A stretch of 63,988 bases of DNA, filler included, from Porpidia crustulata (taxonomy: Eukaryota), in the NCBI GenBank assembly GCA_964255105.1. It is 6 parts of 6 records of this genome, joined end to end, with 100 filler letters (N's around TTAATTAATTAA, not from the genome) between each part and the next. Parts side by side here need not be neighbours in the genome. Positions count along the whole stretch, not along the records: positions 54,249 to 63,988 come from CAXUWE010000892.1; 5 more parts are not named here. One strand, written 5' to 3'. This document shows positions 62,467 through 63,988 of this stretch, piece after piece. The position numbers and the translations under genes were made by a program. Within the stretch, counting starts at the first letter, position 1; the number at the start of each line of letters is the position of its first letter. The notes under the pieces were generated by a model that worked only from the letters and a program-made list of their open reading frames with translations, was not told where the DNA came from and did not search any database.

Positions 62467-62827
62467 ATCGAGGCAGTAGATTGCCTTCCGACTGAGAAAG
62501 ATACCCGCGTGCTGACCAGATTCTTGATGGAGAACAACGAGAACGTCTGTCTTATCTGGATGATATAATTTGATATATTACAACCATAGACTTTTGCGAA
62601 TTTATTTCCTCTGATATATAAAATCTTTCGAGCGGAACCTGAAGCGTGGCACCTATTGAAGCAGCTAGGCTAGGGCCGAGGCGGGAACAAGGATGCGTCT
62701 CGATTGATCAATGACGACGGAGCAGCTGTCGTAGGGTCCGATGCCCGCAACTCAATAATAATCACGGGTTCTATTCCTCATATTCATTGACGCACAATCG
62801 AAGGAAGTTATCAATATAATCATTGCT

Positions 62828-63290
62828 ATGTCTACTACTACGAAGAAAGCGGAAGAAGAGGTCAAAACATCCGCGCTTGGCTACGCCAGAGCTTGGGGCG
62901 GTACTGATACCCTCTCCTCTCAGCCCAGAATCCAAATTCCTAATTTACCAGACAGAATCTGGTGTTCCACCTGTCGTCCTTGCCGCACTGGTCACAGCTC
63001 AACATGCTAGACCTCCTCAACTTCTCCCGCTCCTTTTCCCGCCCGTCTTCCTCTTCAGCGCCTACCTTAATGTCTATGACTACAAGAAAGATAGCGCTGG
63101 AATCACTGCTGCGTGGTCAGGCCTGTATCTGATACTTGCAAGGCGGAGGAAGCATCCGCTGATGCAGAAATGGGGCACGAGAGGGATTATTAGAGGAGCT
63201 ACGATGGGGTTTTGCGTCGTGAATCTGTTGGGTGGGGGCTTCGTTTATGCTACTAGGAAGAGAGCTACGGAGGGAAGTGATATCGTCTGA
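62828..63290 (+). CDS. Small membrane protein, Aim19-like (intron 62901-62955)
   Basis: Spliced ...YARAWG|ESGVPPVVLAALVTAQHARP..FSAYLNV..DSAGITAAWSGLY. The family resemblance is from memory of the motif only. Confidence 0.65.
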
Positions 63291-63988
63291 AAAAGTATAG
63301 TCGGGATGAGCGCTACAGGTATTCTTTGTACATATACACTTCTGGCAGTGTGAGGATGAACCCTTGAGCAACTTTTCACGGCAGTATATCCACTGACTCC
63401 GTGTTTGATAGGATATCAAATTCTGCTCAGGTGTTCGTGGTTCTCACACTGCTTACGATGGTCGGACTAAGCCGAGCCAGATATTGTTCATATGGGGTTC
63501 TTCAAGGAATCAGGAGATCATGGCTTTCATACCTAGTGGTCAGAAGATTTGATGCATGTTGCCAAGTTGTCGATTTTAATCCGCCCTTCAGTCAGGTGGT
63601 TTTTCTGGACGGGTTAGTAAGGCTATTCATGGAAATGTCTATCACCATATTTGTAACCCCAAGTTAGACGGCAAAGTATTCGCCCACGACTCAGACAGTA
63701 ATCTAGCCACAGACGAAGCGGAGCCCGAGAACAAAATAGAAAACTCAGGCACGCCATACGAGACGTACCTCGAGGAGCAAGCACGACGTCCCTGGATCAA
63801 CATATTTACAAAAACACGATACCAGCAAAGGCCGGTTATACTAATGCCACGAATAACCCCTTATCTAATCGGGTATTTCATAATCCATACTGATATGCTA
63901 TTATAAAGAAACCATCCCAAAGTAAACCCAGCTATCCAATCTCATCCCATAGCGGCGGCGGGGGGGGCGGGGGGGGGGGCGGGGGAGG

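Noticed and set aside
1..63988. Transposons, CRISPR arrays, tRNA/rRNA genes or a secondary-metabolite cluster
   Set aside because: I saw no transposase, RT or integrase motifs, terminal repeats, repeat-spacer arrays, cloverleafs or PKS/NRPS genes. Most short ORFs in the track are antisense or alternate-frame shadows of the genes listed.

Overview
Eukaryotic, intron-containing DNA from a filamentous ascomycete (Pezizomycotina-type GT-AG introns of about 50-130 nt with CTRAC-like branch points). The window is not one locus. It is six sequences joined by identical artificial 100-nt linkers (N44-TTAATTAATTAA-N44), apparently sorted by decreasing length, so gene adjacency across linkers means nothing. 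Content is mostly housekeeping genes: DUF1996/WSC protein, HIU hydrolase, GET3, RfeG-like protein, formate/nitrite transporter, PLC1, Myb protein, QRI7, AGC1 (truncated), ALG12 (truncated), YOS1, CreB-like deubiquitinase, LSD1-like demethylase, SEC8 (truncated), CBF1-like bHLH, GH5 glucanase (truncated), RHO1, UFD2, HLJ1 and an AIM19-like protein. There are also several small uncharacterised proteins. I found no convincing new multi-gene system. The best leads are a candidate structured, H/ACA-like ncRNA at about 37.94-38.10 kb, a small protein with paired PP1-docking-like motifs, a 6-Cys small secreted protein, and a cluster of RTCACRTG sites upstream of the CBF1-like gene. Exon boundaries were read by eye and family calls rest on recognised motifs, not database searches.
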